Assembly (NCBI GenBank): GCA_963835415.1
Contig: CAWIFZ010000015.1
Span: forward strand, 67,582-131,581
From: an uncultured Actinomycetes bacterium
GTDB lineage: Bacteria > Actinomycetota > UBA4738 > HRBIN12
DNA length: 64,000 nt
Direction: 5' to 3'
Positions 49,283 to 58,556 of the stretch are shown here, one piece after another. A model generated the notes under the pieces. The model did no database searches and had not been told where the DNA came from. It saw only the letters and a list, made by a program, of their open reading frames with translations. The translations under genes and the position numbers were made by a program. Within the stretch, counting starts at the first letter, position 1, and the number at the start of each line of letters is the position of its first letter.

Positions 49283-49722
49283 CAACCGCTCCCCACGATG
49301 TGGAGCGTCGCGCCCAGCAAGAGGATCGCGCCGATGATCATGAGCGACCAGAAGAGCGCCTTCTGATGATCCACCGCGATCCCGGTGCCGATCAGCGCGA
49401 CACGGAGCCCGTTCAGGCCGTGGAACAACAGACCGAAGAGCAGCAGCACGTCGAGGCCGAGGAACACGGGCGTGGTCGCCAGCTCGAGGAAGCCGTGCCA
49501 CGCGCTCTCCCCACCGAGGAGCATCGAGAGCACCGCGAGATGGAGATAGAGGTAGAACGTGAGACCCAACGCCGTGAACCGGTTGAGGGAGAACGCCCAG
49601 TGACCGGTGCTCCGCCCTCGCACGTCGAACCATGCGGTGGCTCCGGGCGACTTCCGCAGCACCGGTCCGCGCGCTTCGCGCGCGGACCGGATCACGTCGA
49701 GGTCGTCGTCCCGCCGGCTCAC
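49282..49722 (-). CDS. SdhC-like cytochrome b membrane subunit
   Basis: ~146 aa, 3 TM helices, HWAFSLNRFTALGL, YLYLHLAV, LFHGLNGLR. GTGA overlap with the Fe-S subunit stop. Confidence 0.65.
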   Translation of the reverse strand: MSRRDDDLDVIRSAREARGPVLRKSPGATAWFDVRGRSTGHWAFSLNRFTALGLTFYLYLHLAVLSMLLGGESAWHGFLELATTPVFLGLDVLLLFGLLFHGLNGLRVALIGTGIAVDHQKALFWSLMIIGAILLLGATLHIVGSG

Positions 49723-50420
49723 GAGCCGTCCCCTCCGCTCGTCAGCGTCCGCCGGAGCTGCATGATCCGCTGCGCCGGACGCACGTTGGACGGACATGCC
49801 TCCGTGCACTCGAACGCCGCGTGGCATCGCCACGCGGCGTTGTCTGCGTCCGCCCACCTCAGGATCGGGCCGACGTCGGCGCCGCGAGGTTCCTCCAACA
49901 TCCGCTGGGCATACGCGAGCGCGGCCGGCCCGACGTACGTGTCGTCGGTCGCCACGACGGGGCACGCGGACAGGCACAGGCCGCACTCGATGCAGTCCTC
50001 GAACCGCTCATACGCGTCGATCCCGTCCGGCATCTCCGCCGATGACGGGAAGTCGCTCGTGCGCGTCGCCGGATGCGGCGCCGGGAAGCGATCGGCGAAC
50101 GACGTCATGTCGACGACCAGGTCGGTCATCACGGGGAAGTTGGCCATCGGTTCCACGGTCACCCGCCCCGGGTCGAGGTCCGCGAGGCGCGTGACGCACG
50201 CGAGGCCCTCGCGCCCGTTCACGCGGACGCCGCAGGTCCCGCACGAGGCGTGGAGGCACGAATGACGGATGGCGAGCGAGGGATCGCGATGGATCCGGAT
50301 CCACCGAAGAGCGTCGAGGACGGTGCTCGTCGGTTCGACCTCGGCCTCGAAGACGTCGAACCGGGACGGACCGCTCTCGCGTGAGAACCGGAACACACGG
50401 AACGCCCGCGTGGTCGTCAT
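49719..50420 (-). CDS. Succinate dehydrogenase/fumarate reductase-type iron-sulfur subunit (SdhB/FrdB-like)
   Basis: 2Fe-2S CLHASCGTCGVRVNGREGLAC, 4Fe-4S CIECGLCLSACP and third cluster CHAAFECTEACP. ATGA overlap with the flavoprotein stop. Confidence 0.85.
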   Translation of the reverse strand: MTTTRAFRVFRFSRESGPSRFDVFEAEVEPTSTVLDALRWIRIHRDPSLAIRHSCLHASCGTCGVRVNGREGLACVTRLADLDPGRVTVEPMANFPVMTDLVVDMTSFADRFPAPHPATRTSDFPSSAEMPDGIDAYERFEDCIECGLCLSACPVVATDDTYVGPAALAYAQRMLEEPRGADVGPILRWADADNAAWRCHAAFECTEACPSNVRPAQRIMQLRRTLTSGGDGS

Positions 50421-51598
50421 GCGGCGAAGTACGCGATGTGCGGAAGCAGGACCGTCTCGCGCGTCCGACAGACCTCGTCGACCCCGAGCTTGCGGCAGAC
50501 CACGTCGGCGCACACCTCCGCCATCCCGCGCAACGTGGTGCCTTTGCCTCCGGTGATCGTGACGAACCCCTCGGCGCCGCCCTCCGCCGCGTGGTCGATC
50601 GTCTTGAACGTCCGGGACAGTTCGCGGCCGGAGTCGGCCTCGCCGCGCGAGCCGATCAGTGGACGCGCGGCCGACCATGCGGCCCGGTGCGGGGCAGTGG
50701 CCACCGCCGGGATCAGTTTGGAGCCTTCGGTGACCATCCGCTCGACATGATCCTGGGGAACGCCCAGGTCCTCGGGGTCCTCCACGACCCACGAGCTGGT
50801 GCCGACGATCGAGAGCCCGCGCTGCGGCACGACGATGTCGCCGTCGCCGGACGCATGGAGGCGGTTGATCACCATGTTGCAGAGCCGTCCACGCAACGCC
50901 AGCATCACGCCGGGGGAGGGTCTGATCGGCACGTCGACGCCGGCCATCAACGCCACCTTCTCGGACCACGGCCCCGTCGCGTTCACCGTCAGGTCCGCGT
51001 GGATCTCGGCGTCGCGCCCGGTGACGTGATCGTGGATCGCTGCGCCGCTCACCACGCCGTCATGCATCAGCAGACCCGTGACCTCCATGTAGTTCAGTAG
51101 CGACGCTCCGTTCCGCTTCGCGGTGGCGAAGAATCGCAGCGGCATCCGCATGGCGTCCATCGTGGCGTCCGGCACGCGGACGGCCGCTTTCATGTCCGGG
51201 TTGAGCATCGGCTCGAGCCGCAGGGCCTGCTCCGGCGTGAGCTGCTCGGCCGGGATGTCTGATGCGGCGCACCCCTCGAGGAAGCCCGGAAGGTACGCCA
51301 TGTCCTCGTCTGTGATCGCGACGAACAGTCCGTCGTTCTCCTCGAACGAGCCCGGCGCGATCTTCCTGAGGAGGCGGTTCTCCTCGATGCACTCCACGGC
51401 GGACTCATGGTCGTTGACCGCGTAACGCGCGCCACTGTGCAACAGGCCGTGGTGGCGACCGGTCGTGCCGGATGTGAACTCTCCGCGCTCGACGAGCGTC
51501 ACGCGCAGGCCGCGCAACGCGAGATCGTGCGCCAACGCGCCCCCGGTTCCGCCGCCGCCGATGATCAGCACATGTGCGTCGTGTGCGGCCCTCGTCAT
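50417..51598 (-). CDS. glpA: FAD-dependent glycerol-3-phosphate dehydrogenase, GlpA-like but lacking the C-terminal BFD-type 2Fe-2S domain
   Basis: VLIIGGGGTGGALAHDLALRG, GRHHGLLHSGARYAV and FVTITGGKGTTLRGMAE are collinear with the first ~395 aa of E. coli GlpA as I remember it. The ORF stops at 393 aa. Confidence 0.8.
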   Translation of the reverse strand: MTRAAHDAHVLIIGGGGTGGALAHDLALRGLRVTLVERGEFTSGTTGRHHGLLHSGARYAVNDHESAVECIEENRLLRKIAPGSFEENDGLFVAITDEDMAYLPGFLEGCAASDIPAEQLTPEQALRLEPMLNPDMKAAVRVPDATMDAMRMPLRFFATAKRNGASLLNYMEVTGLLMHDGVVSGAAIHDHVTGRDAEIHADLTVNATGPWSEKVALMAGVDVPIRPSPGVMLALRGRLCNMVINRLHASGDGDIVVPQRGLSIVGTSSWVVEDPEDLGVPQDHVERMVTEGSKLIPAVATAPHRAAWSAARPLIGSRGEADSGRELSRTFKTIDHAAEGGAEGFVTITGGKGTTLRGMAEVCADVVCRKLGVDEVCRTRETVLLPHIAYFAA

Positions 51599-51690
51599 AG
51601 CGGCGAGTATCGCACCGAGGACGGCAACGGTTCACCCGTCGTGGTCGTGTCCCTTCCCGTCCTCCATGCCTGCTCCCGTGTCGATGCGAA

Positions 51691-51727
51691 GGACCGACGG
51701 ACCGTGTGTGCGGCGGCCCGTCGGTCC
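51691..51727 (-). terminator. 10-bp GC-rich stem-loop 11 nt after the glpK stop (terminator or attenuator candidate)
   Basis: GGACCGACGG (51691-51700) pairs with CCGTCGGTCC (51718-51727), leaving a 17-nt loop with an inner CCG/CGG pair. No clear U-tract. Confidence 0.45.
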
Positions 51728-51737
51728 CCGCGTCCTG

Positions 51738-53231
51738 TCAGTCCACCCAGTCGAACGTCTTGGTGACGGCCTTCTTCCACTGCGCGTATTCCTTCGCGAC
51801 GGTGGCGCTGTCCATCGAAGGCTTCCACTCGGCGTCCTTGCCCCAGTTGGAGCGCAGGTCGTCGACGTTCTTCCAGAAACCGACCGCGAGCCCGGCCGCG
51901 TACGCGGCGCCGAGCGCCGTCGTTTCGGCCACCTTCGGGCGGATCACCGGCACCTGCAGACAGTCCGCCTGGAACTGCATCAGGAGGTCGTTGTAGACCA
52001 TGCCGCCGTCCACCTTGAGCTCCTTCAGCTTGACGCCGGAGTCGGCCTCCATGGCGTCGAGGACCTCGCGGGTCTGCCATGCGGTCGCCTCGAGGGTCGC
52101 CCGGGCGATGTGGCCCTTGTTGACGTAGCGGGTCATGCCGACGATCGCGCCGCGGGCGTCGCCGCGCCAGTACGGCGCGAACAGGCCCGAGAACGCCGGC
52201 ACGAAGTACGTCCCGCCGTTGTCCTCGACCGTGGCGGCGAGCGCCTCGACGTCCTCGGACTTCTCGATCAAGCCCAGGTTGTCGCGGAGCCACTGCACCA
52301 GCGCGCCGGTGATGGCGATCGAGCCCTCGAGCGCATAGACCACCGGTGCATCGCCGAGCTTCCAACACACGGTCGTCAGCAGACCGCTCTTCGACGGCAC
52401 CAGGTCGGTGCCGGTGTTCAGGATCATGAAGCAGCCGGTGCCGTACGTGTTCTTCGCGTCGCCGACGTCGTAGGCGGCCTGACCGAACGTGGCGGCCTGT
52501 TGGTCACCCAGGTCGCCCGCGACCGAGATGCCTGCGAGCGTTCCCTTCGCCTCGCCGTACACCTCCGACGACGACCGGATCTGGGGCAGCATCGACTTGG
52601 GGACCCCGATCGCCGAGCACAGGTCGTCGTCCCAATCGAGGGTCTCCAGGTTCATCAGCATCGTGCGGGAGGCGTTGGTGACGTCGGTCACGTGCACCCC
52701 GCCGTCGGTCCCGCCCGTGAGGTTCCAGATGCACCAGGTGTCCATGTTGCCGAACACGAGGTCGCCGGCTTCGGCCTTGGCTCGCGCGCCGTCCACGTTG
52801 TCGAGGATCCAGCGGACCTTGGTGCCGGAGAAGTACGTGGCGAGTGGAAGACCGGTCTTCTCACGGAACCGGTTCTGATCGCCGTCCGCCAGGGAATCGA
52901 CGATGTCCTGCTGGCGGGTGTCCTGCCACACGAGCGCGTTGTAGACGGGCTCGCCCGTGTTGCGGTCCCAGACGACCGCCGTCTCACGCTGGTTCGTGAT
53001 GCCGACGGCTGCCAGGTCGGTCGCGGCGATGCCGGCCTTCTTCAGCGCGCCGGCGATCACCTCTTCCGACCGTGTCCAGACCTCCTTCGGATCGTGCTCG
53101 ACCCATCCCGGCTTCGGGAAGATCTGCTCGTGCTCCTTCTGATCCACCGCGACCACCGCGCCGCCGTGATCGAAGATCATGAACCGCGTGCTCGTGGTGC
53201 CCTGGTCCAGGGCACCTACGTAGTCCGCCAT
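51738..53231 (-). CDS. glpK: Glycerol kinase
   Basis: [24 protein letters not shown]-type motif ([12 protein letters not shown]), full length. ATG 53231 is preceded by GGAAGGAGG. Confidence 0.95.
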   Translation of the reverse strand: MADYVGALDQGTTSTRFMIFDHGGAVVAVDQKEHEQIFPKPGWVEHDPKEVWTRSEEVIAGALKKAGIAATDLAAVGITNQRETAVVWDRNTGEPVYNALVWQDTRQQDIVDSLADGDQNRFREKTGLPLATYFSGTKVRWILDNVDGARAKAEAGDLVFGNMDTWCIWNLTGGTDGGVHVTDVTNASRTMLMNLETLDWDDDLCSAIGVPKSMLPQIRSSSEVYGEAKGTLAGISVAGDLGDQQAATFGQAAYDVGDAKNTYGTGCFMILNTGTDLVPSKSGLLTTVCWKLGDAPVVYALEGSIAITGALVQWLRDNLGLIEKSEDVEALAATVEDNGGTYFVPAFSGLFAPYWRGDARGAIVGMTRYVNKGHIARATLEATAWQTREVLDAMEADSGVKLKELKVDGGMVYNDLLMQFQADCLQVPVIRPKVAETTALGAAYAAGLAVGFWKNVDDLRSNWGKDAEWKPSMDSATVAKEYAQWKKAVTKTFDWVD

Positions 53232-53262
53232 GTGGGGCCTCCTTCCGGTCCGTTCGTTGGCG

Positions 53263-53907
53263 CTATGCGTCACTCCACGTCTCGGCGACGGTCTTCAACA
53301 ACAGGAACGACGACGTGGCGCCGGGGTCTTGATGCCCGGCGCTGCGCTCACCCAGGTAGCTCGCGCGTCCCTTGCGGGCCACGAGTGGGGTCGTGCCTTC
53401 CATGCCCGCCTCGCCGGCCGCGGCCGACCGCCGGAGCGCATCCGCGAAGGATGCGCCCTCGCCGATCGCCGCGGCGAACGCGTCGCGCGCGGGCACGAGC
53501 GCGTCGATCATCGTCTTGTCCTGGAGTTCGGCCTTACCTCGTGCCTGCACACCCTGGACGGCGGCCGCGAGTGCCGCCGCCCAGTCTTCCGCCGTGATCT
53601 CGGTCTTGCCCGCCGTGGCGGTGCCGAGCTGGAGGAAGAGCGTCCCGTACAACGGACCGCCCGCCCCGCCGACCGTCGAGACCAACGTCATGCCGACGGT
53701 CTTGAACAACGTGCCGACGTCGCCTGGAGGGAGGGCGTCGACCTTGGCGAGCACGGCCTGGAAGCCGCGATCCATGTTGATGCCGTGGTCCGCGTCGCCG
53801 ATCGCGGAGTCGAGCTCCGTCAGGTACGCCTTGTTCTCCGCGATCGTCGCCGCGAACACCCGGACCATCCGGACCACGTCGTCGTACGGGACGCTCAATC
53901 GTGCCAC
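53263..53907 (-). CDS. dhaL: Dihydroxyacetone kinase ADP-binding subunit DhaL
   Basis: [25 protein letters not shown] and [19 protein letters not shown]. Start is GTG 53907 or TTG 53898. Confidence 0.9.
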   Translation of the reverse strand: MARLSVPYDDVVRMVRVFAATIAENKAYLTELDSAIGDADHGINMDRGFQAVLAKVDALPPGDVGTLFKTVGMTLVSTVGGAGGPLYGTLFLQLGTATAGKTEITAEDWAAALAAAVQGVQARGKAELQDKTMIDALVPARDAFAAAIGEGASFADALRRSAAAGEAGMEGTTPLVARKGRASYLGERSAGHQDPGATSSFLLLKTVAETWSDA

Positions 53908-53936
53908 CCCCTCGGTCGTCTGGGACACGGTCGGGG

Positions 53937-54944
53937 TCAGACCCCCCAACGCAGTCCAGGCGTCTTCACGGGTGCGTCCCAGAGCTTCGTCAACTCGTCG
54001 TTCAGCTTCAGCAGGGTGATGGAGCATCCCGCCATCTCGAGCGACGTGATGTAGGAGCCGACGAGGTTGCGCGTGATCGTGACCCCCTTCCCCTTGAGGA
54101 ACTTGTTGACCTCGTTGAAGACCAGGTAGAGCTCGATCAGCGGAGTACCGCCCATGCCGTTGACGAATGCGAGCACGTTGTCGCCGGATGAGAACGGGAG
54201 GTCCTCGACCACGGCGGTCGCCATCTGCTCGACGATGTCGTGCGCGGGCTTCAGCTTCATCCGCTCGCGACCCGGCTCACCATGGATGCCGATCCCGATC
54301 TCCATCTCGTCCTCGCCGAGCTCGAACGTCGGCTTGCCGGCCGCCGGAACCGTGCACGAGGTGAGCGCCATACCCATCGTGCGGGCGTTCGCGTTCACCT
54401 CACGACAGATGTCGGCGACCTCCTTCAGGGGCCGCTTCTCCTCCGCCGCCGCCCCGGCGATCTTCTCCAACAGCACGGTGGCGCCGACACCTCGCCGGCC
54501 CGCCGTGTAGAGGCTGTCCTGCACGGCGACGTCGTCGTCGACCAGGACCGATTCCACCTCCGTGCCCTCGGCACGGCAGAGGTCCGCAGCCATCTCGAAG
54601 TTCATGACGTCGCCGGTGTAGTTCTTCACGATGTGGATCACGCCGGCGCCGCCGTCGACGGCCTTCGTCGCCGCCTCCATCTGATCGGGCGTCGGCGACG
54701 TGAACACCTCGCCGGGACACGCCGCATCCAGCATGCCCATGCCGACGAAGCCGCCGTGCATCGGCTCGTGCCCGGAGCCACCACCGGATACCAGGGCGAC
54801 CTTGCCCTGCACCGGCGCGTCCTTGCGCACGATCGTGTACGGGTCGTACGTCACGTTGATCAGGTCCGAGTGCGCTGCCTCCATGCCCTGCAGCGCTTCA
54901 CGGACCACGTCCGCCGGATCGTTGATGAGTTTCTTCATCGTCAT
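53937..54944 (-). CDS. dhaK: Dihydroxyacetone kinase DHA-binding subunit DhaK
   Basis: [28 protein letters not shown] and GIHGEPG. Confidence 0.95.
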   Translation of the reverse strand: MTMKKLINDPADVVREALQGMEAAHSDLINVTYDPYTIVRKDAPVQGKVALVSGGGSGHEPMHGGFVGMGMLDAACPGEVFTSPTPDQMEAATKAVDGGAGVIHIVKNYTGDVMNFEMAADLCRAEGTEVESVLVDDDVAVQDSLYTAGRRGVGATVLLEKIAGAAAEEKRPLKEVADICREVNANARTMGMALTSCTVPAAGKPTFELGEDEMEIGIGIHGEPGRERMKLKPAHDIVEQMATAVVEDLPFSSGDNVLAFVNGMGGTPLIELYLVFNEVNKFLKGKGVTITRNLVGSYITSLEMAGCSITLLKLNDELTKLWDAPVKTPGLRWGV

Positions 54945-54974
54945 CCTTTCGTTCCAGGCGTTCGAACCGGTGGA

Positions 54975-55745
54975 TCAGAACGTCAGATCGAACGCGGCCT
55001 TGGCGAGGAACGCACCGAGCACGCCGCCGATCAGCGGGCCGACCACGGGGATCCACGAGTACGCCCAGTCGGATCCACCCTTGCCGGGGATCGGCAGGAT
55101 CGCGTGGATGATCCGCGGGCCGAGGTCACGGGCCGGGTTGATCGCGTAGCCCGTCGGTCCACCGAGCGACATGCCGATACCGAGGACCAGCAGGCCGACC
55201 GGCAGTGCACCGGTGGCGAGGGTGCCACCGATCGTCATCGAGCCGGCCATACCGGAGACGTGGATCAGGAACCCGCCGCCGAGCTTGATCGCGATGGCCA
55301 CGACGCCGAACACCAGCAACGCGGTGCCGATGATCTCCGTGATGAGGTTGGCCGCGGTGTTGCGGATCGCCGGTCCGGTCGAGAACACGGCGAGCTTCAG
55401 GCCGGGGTCTTCGGTCTCGGACCAGTGGGCGAGGTAGGCGAGGTAGACGAGGATCGCGCCGAGGAACGCGCCCACGAACTGCCCGGCGATCAACGTCGGC
55501 ACGTCACCCCAGTCCACCGCGCCGATCGACGCGAGACCGACCGTCACGGCCGGGTTCAGCTGCGCGACGCCGCCGGTCACCGCGAGGCTGGTGACCACGC
55601 CGAGGAAGACACCCATCGCCCACGCCCATGTGATCACGATCCAGCCTGAGTTCTGTGCCTTCGACTTGTTCAACAACACCCCGGCCACGACGCCGTCGCC
55701 GACCAGGATCAGCACGCACGTGCCGACCACCTCTCCAAGGAACAT
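54975..55745 (-). CDS. glpF: MIP-family glycerol uptake facilitator
   Basis: Two NPA boxes (LNPAVT, INPARD). ATG 55745 has GGGAGG upstream. An alternative GTG lies at 55805. Confidence 0.9.
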   Translation of the reverse strand: MFLGEVVGTCVLILVGDGVVAGVLLNKSKAQNSGWIVITWAWAMGVFLGVVTSLAVTGGVAQLNPAVTVGLASIGAVDWGDVPTLIAGQFVGAFLGAILVYLAYLAHWSETEDPGLKLAVFSTGPAIRNTAANLITEIIGTALLVFGVVAIAIKLGGGFLIHVSGMAGSMTIGGTLATGALPVGLLVLGIGMSLGGPTGYAINPARDLGPRIIHAILPIPGKGGSDWAYSWIPVVGPLIGGVLGAFLAKAAFDLTF

Positions 55746-55840
55746 CTCAGCAACCACCTCCCGATGTGCTGCGGCGCCCCCGGATATGGGCGCTCCCGTG
55801 GTCACATAGCCAAGGCCGTTCGTATCCGAAAGTCAAAGTG

Positions 55841-55907
55841 AGATCTGCCGCGATCAGCCCGACATCGCCGTGTTATGTTCGGCATCGTCGAACGTTTCCG
55901 CAGATCT
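55841..55907. promoter_or_regulatory. 8-bp inverted repeat AGATCTGC / GCAGATCT flanking a GTTCG-N7-CGAAC dyad (candidate operator region)
   Basis: AGATCTGC at 55841-55848 and GCAGATCT at 55900-55907, with GTTCGGCATCGTCGAAC between them. Located in the comparatively AT-richer divergent region between glpF and the dhaL paralogue. Confidence 0.25.
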
Positions 55908-55983
55908 GGGGAAATCGCCGACCCCGCGCCGAGGAGGGCTTCGGCTTGACAGGCTCGGGCGTGCCGACGGAAGGTGCCATCGA

Positions 55984-56676
55984 GTGAGCGGTCCGACCAT
56001 TCGCCGGGGAGGTGTCGGCTCCACGTCGTCGGGGACATTCGTCCTCGATGCGGAGTTCGTGCTCCGGTGGGTCGTCGAAGCGGCCGCCAGGATCGACGAG
56101 CAGCGCGACTTCCTCACCCAGCTCGACGCCGCGATCGGCGACGCCGACCACGGGGTGAACATGCAACGGGGGTTCACCGCCGCCGTGGCGACCGTGCAAT
56201 CGTCGTCCGATCGATCGCCGGGATCGCTCCTGGAGGAGGTCGGGAAGACCCTCATCTACCGGGTGGGCGGCGCCGCCGGCCCGCTCTACGGCACGGGCTT
56301 CCGCCAGATCGGCGTGACGATCTCCGAGGCGGTGACACCCGACGGTGAGGTGCTCCTGTCAGCGCTCCGGGCCGGTCTCGAGGGGATCCAGGCGCTGGGC
56401 GCGGCAGCGGCCGGCGACAAGACGATGGTCGATGCGTGGGAGCCTGCGGTCGCCGCGTTCGAACGGACGTTGCAGGCCGGAGGCGAGACGGAGGAAGCGG
56501 CGCGGAACGCCGCCGAGGCGGCCAACGCGGGTGTCGAGGCGACCCTGCCGTTGCAGGCGCGGAAGGGACGGGCGTCGTACCTGGGTTCGCGGAGCATCGG
56601 ACATCAAGATCCCGGCGCGACGTCGACCGCGATCATCTTCGGGGCGCTCGAACGAGCCCTCCGTCGCCGACGGTGA
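55984..56676 (+). CDS. DAK2-domain protein, DhaL paralogue without an adjacent DhaK partner
   Basis: [25 protein letters not shown] and [19 protein letters not shown]. Start GTG 55984 is uncertain. Confidence 0.8.
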   Translation: MSGPTIRRGGVGSTSSGTFVLDAEFVLRWVVEAAARIDEQRDFLTQLDAAIGDADHGVNMQRGFTAAVATVQSSSDRSPGSLLEEVGKTLIYRVGGAAGPLYGTGFRQIGVTISEAVTPDGEVLLSALRAGLEGIQALGAAAAGDKTMVDAWEPAVAAFERTLQAGGETEEAARNAAEAANAGVEATLPLQARKGRASYLGSRSIGHQDPGATSTAIIFGALERALRRRR

Positions 56677-57473
56677 CCGCGCTCTTCGCCGCGGGGGATC
56701 GTCGCGGCACGATCCAGTCCGTCGATCGGGCGGCGCGCATCCTCAGGGTCTTGGGGAGTTCACCGCGACTCGGCGTTACCGAGATCTCGGATCGGCTGGG
56801 GATCGCGAAGGCAACCGTCCACGGCCTGCTCCGAACGCTCGAGCAGCAGGAGCTCGTCGAACAGGACGCGGACAACGGGAAGTACCGGCTGGGAGCGGCC
56901 ATGCTCCAGCTCGGGAACTCGTTCCTGGACAACCACGAGCTACGCGCTCGCTCCCTGATGTGGGCCGGGTCGCTGGCGACACGCGTCGGTGAGGCGGTGC
57001 GCGTCGGCGTGATGAACGGTGAGACCGTCCTGATCGTTCACCACGTCTTCCGTCCGGACAACTCCGTGCAGATCCTGGAGGTCGGCGCGTCGATCCCGTG
57101 GCACGCCTGCGCCTTGGGGAAGGCGGTGGTCGCGTTCGGTCCTCCGTCTCGCCGCAATGCGCTCTTGGGCGCGAACCTCTCACCGCTGACCGGCAGGACC
57201 CAGACCGAGCCGTCGGTGCTGCGAACCGAGCTCGAGGACGTCGCGACGCTGGGTGTGGCCGTGGAGGACCAGGAAGCGGTGGTGGGGGAGGCCGAGATCG
57301 CGTCGCCGGTGTTCGATCATCGCGGGGACCCGGCCGGCGCGATCGGCGTCGTGGGACCGGTGGAACGGCTGCTCCCGGATGGTCCGTCGCCCGAGCTCAT
57401 CGCGGCCGTTCGCGAGGCCGGACGCGGGCTCTCGCGCGACATGGGGGCCGGACGGTTCGCGGCTCGCGACTGA
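56673..57473 (+). CDS. IclR family transcriptional regulator
   Basis: GTGA overlap with the upstream stop. SVDRAARILRVLG...LGVTEISDRLGIAKATVHGLLRTL HTH plus an IclR effector domain. Confidence 0.9.
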   Translation: MTALFAAGDRRGTIQSVDRAARILRVLGSSPRLGVTEISDRLGIAKATVHGLLRTLEQQELVEQDADNGKYRLGAAMLQLGNSFLDNHELRARSLMWAGSLATRVGEAVRVGVMNGETVLIVHHVFRPDNSVQILEVGASIPWHACALGKAVVAFGPPSRRNALLGANLSPLTGRTQTEPSVLRTELEDVATLGVAVEDQEAVVGEAEIASPVFDHRGDPAGAIGVVGPVERLLPDGPSPELIAAVREAGRGLSRDMGAGRFAARD

Positions 57474-57499
57474 GGCCGGGTCGCCGGTAGGCTCCGTTG

Positions 57500-58522
57500 A
57501 TGGACGACGCGCCGCGGTTCGTGACCGTCGATGACTACGAGCCGGTCGCGCGCGAGCGGCTCGCGTCGGATGTGTACGACTTCTATGCGGGCGGGGCGGG
57601 CGACGAGTGGACGCTCGCCGAGAACCGGCGTGCGTTCGACCGTTGGAGGTTCCGGCCGCGTGTCTTGCGTGCGTCGGGCCGACCCGACCCGTCGACCTCG
57701 ATCCTCGGGACGCGCGTGTCCTTCCCCGTCCTGGTGGCGCCGTGGGCGTACCAATCGATGGCGCATCCCGATGGAGAGCGAGCGACAGCACGCGCCTCGG
57801 CCCGGGCCGGGACGATCATGTTCGTCTCGTCGACCACGACCGATTTCCTGGAGGACGTCGCGGACGCGTCCGACGCGCCGAAGTGGTGGCAGCTGTACGT
57901 CTTCGAGGACCGGGCCGCGACGACGGACATGCTCGCCCGGGTGGTCGATGCGGGGTACGAGGCGATCTGCCTCACGGTCGACCTCCAGGTCTTCGGTTTG
58001 CGACACCGTGACGCGCGTCACGGGTTCGACACGCCGATCGGCGGTCCATCGTCGGCGTTGCCGTACGACGACATGCTCTCGTGGGACGACGTCGCGTGGG
58101 TCCGGGAGCGGACCCCGAGCCTTCCGCTCCTGGTGAAAGGGATCCTGACGGCCGAGGACGCGGAGCTGGCGGTGTCGGCGGGCGTCGACGGCATCGTCGT
58201 CTCGAACCACGGCGGGCGTCAGCTCGACGGGGCTCCCGCGGGCCTCACGGTGCTCCCTGAGGTGGTGGATGCCGTCGCCGGTCGTGTCCCGGTCCTGGTG
58301 GACGGGGGGATCCGCCGCGGCACGGATGTGATGAAGGCGCTCGCGCTGGGGGCCGATGCGGTGCTCGCCGCGCGCCCCTTCGTCTGGGGTCTGGCGGTCG
58401 ACGGTGAAGCGGGGGTCGTGGACGTGCTCAGGATCCTCCGTGAGGAGTTCGAGAACACGATGGCACTCTGCGGATGCCGCACGGTGGCGGAGATCACGTC
58501 GGCGCTCGTGACTCCCGCGTGA
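57500..58522 (+). CDS. FMN-dependent alpha-hydroxy acid dehydrogenase/oxidase (LldD/glycolate oxidase family)
   Basis: VKGILTAEDA, VSNHGGRQLD and DGGIRRGTDVMKALALGA. Confidence 0.9.
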   Translation: MDDAPRFVTVDDYEPVARERLASDVYDFYAGGAGDEWTLAENRRAFDRWRFRPRVLRASGRPDPSTSILGTRVSFPVLVAPWAYQSMAHPDGERATARASARAGTIMFVSSTTTDFLEDVADASDAPKWWQLYVFEDRAATTDMLARVVDAGYEAICLTVDLQVFGLRHRDARHGFDTPIGGPSSALPYDDMLSWDDVAWVRERTPSLPLLVKGILTAEDAELAVSAGVDGIVVSNHGGRQLDGAPAGLTVLPEVVDAVAGRVPVLVDGGIRRGTDVMKALALGADAVLAARPFVWGLAVDGEAGVVDVLRILREEFENTMALCGCRTVAEITSALVTPA

Positions 58523-58556
58523 CGGCCCGCGACGCCATCTGCCACCATCGGCGGTC

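Noticed and set aside
51465-53597. 710-aa plus-strand ORF.
   Set aside because: It is antisense to glpK and dhaL, both of which have full-length conserved motifs. Composition is typical of a GC shadow frame.
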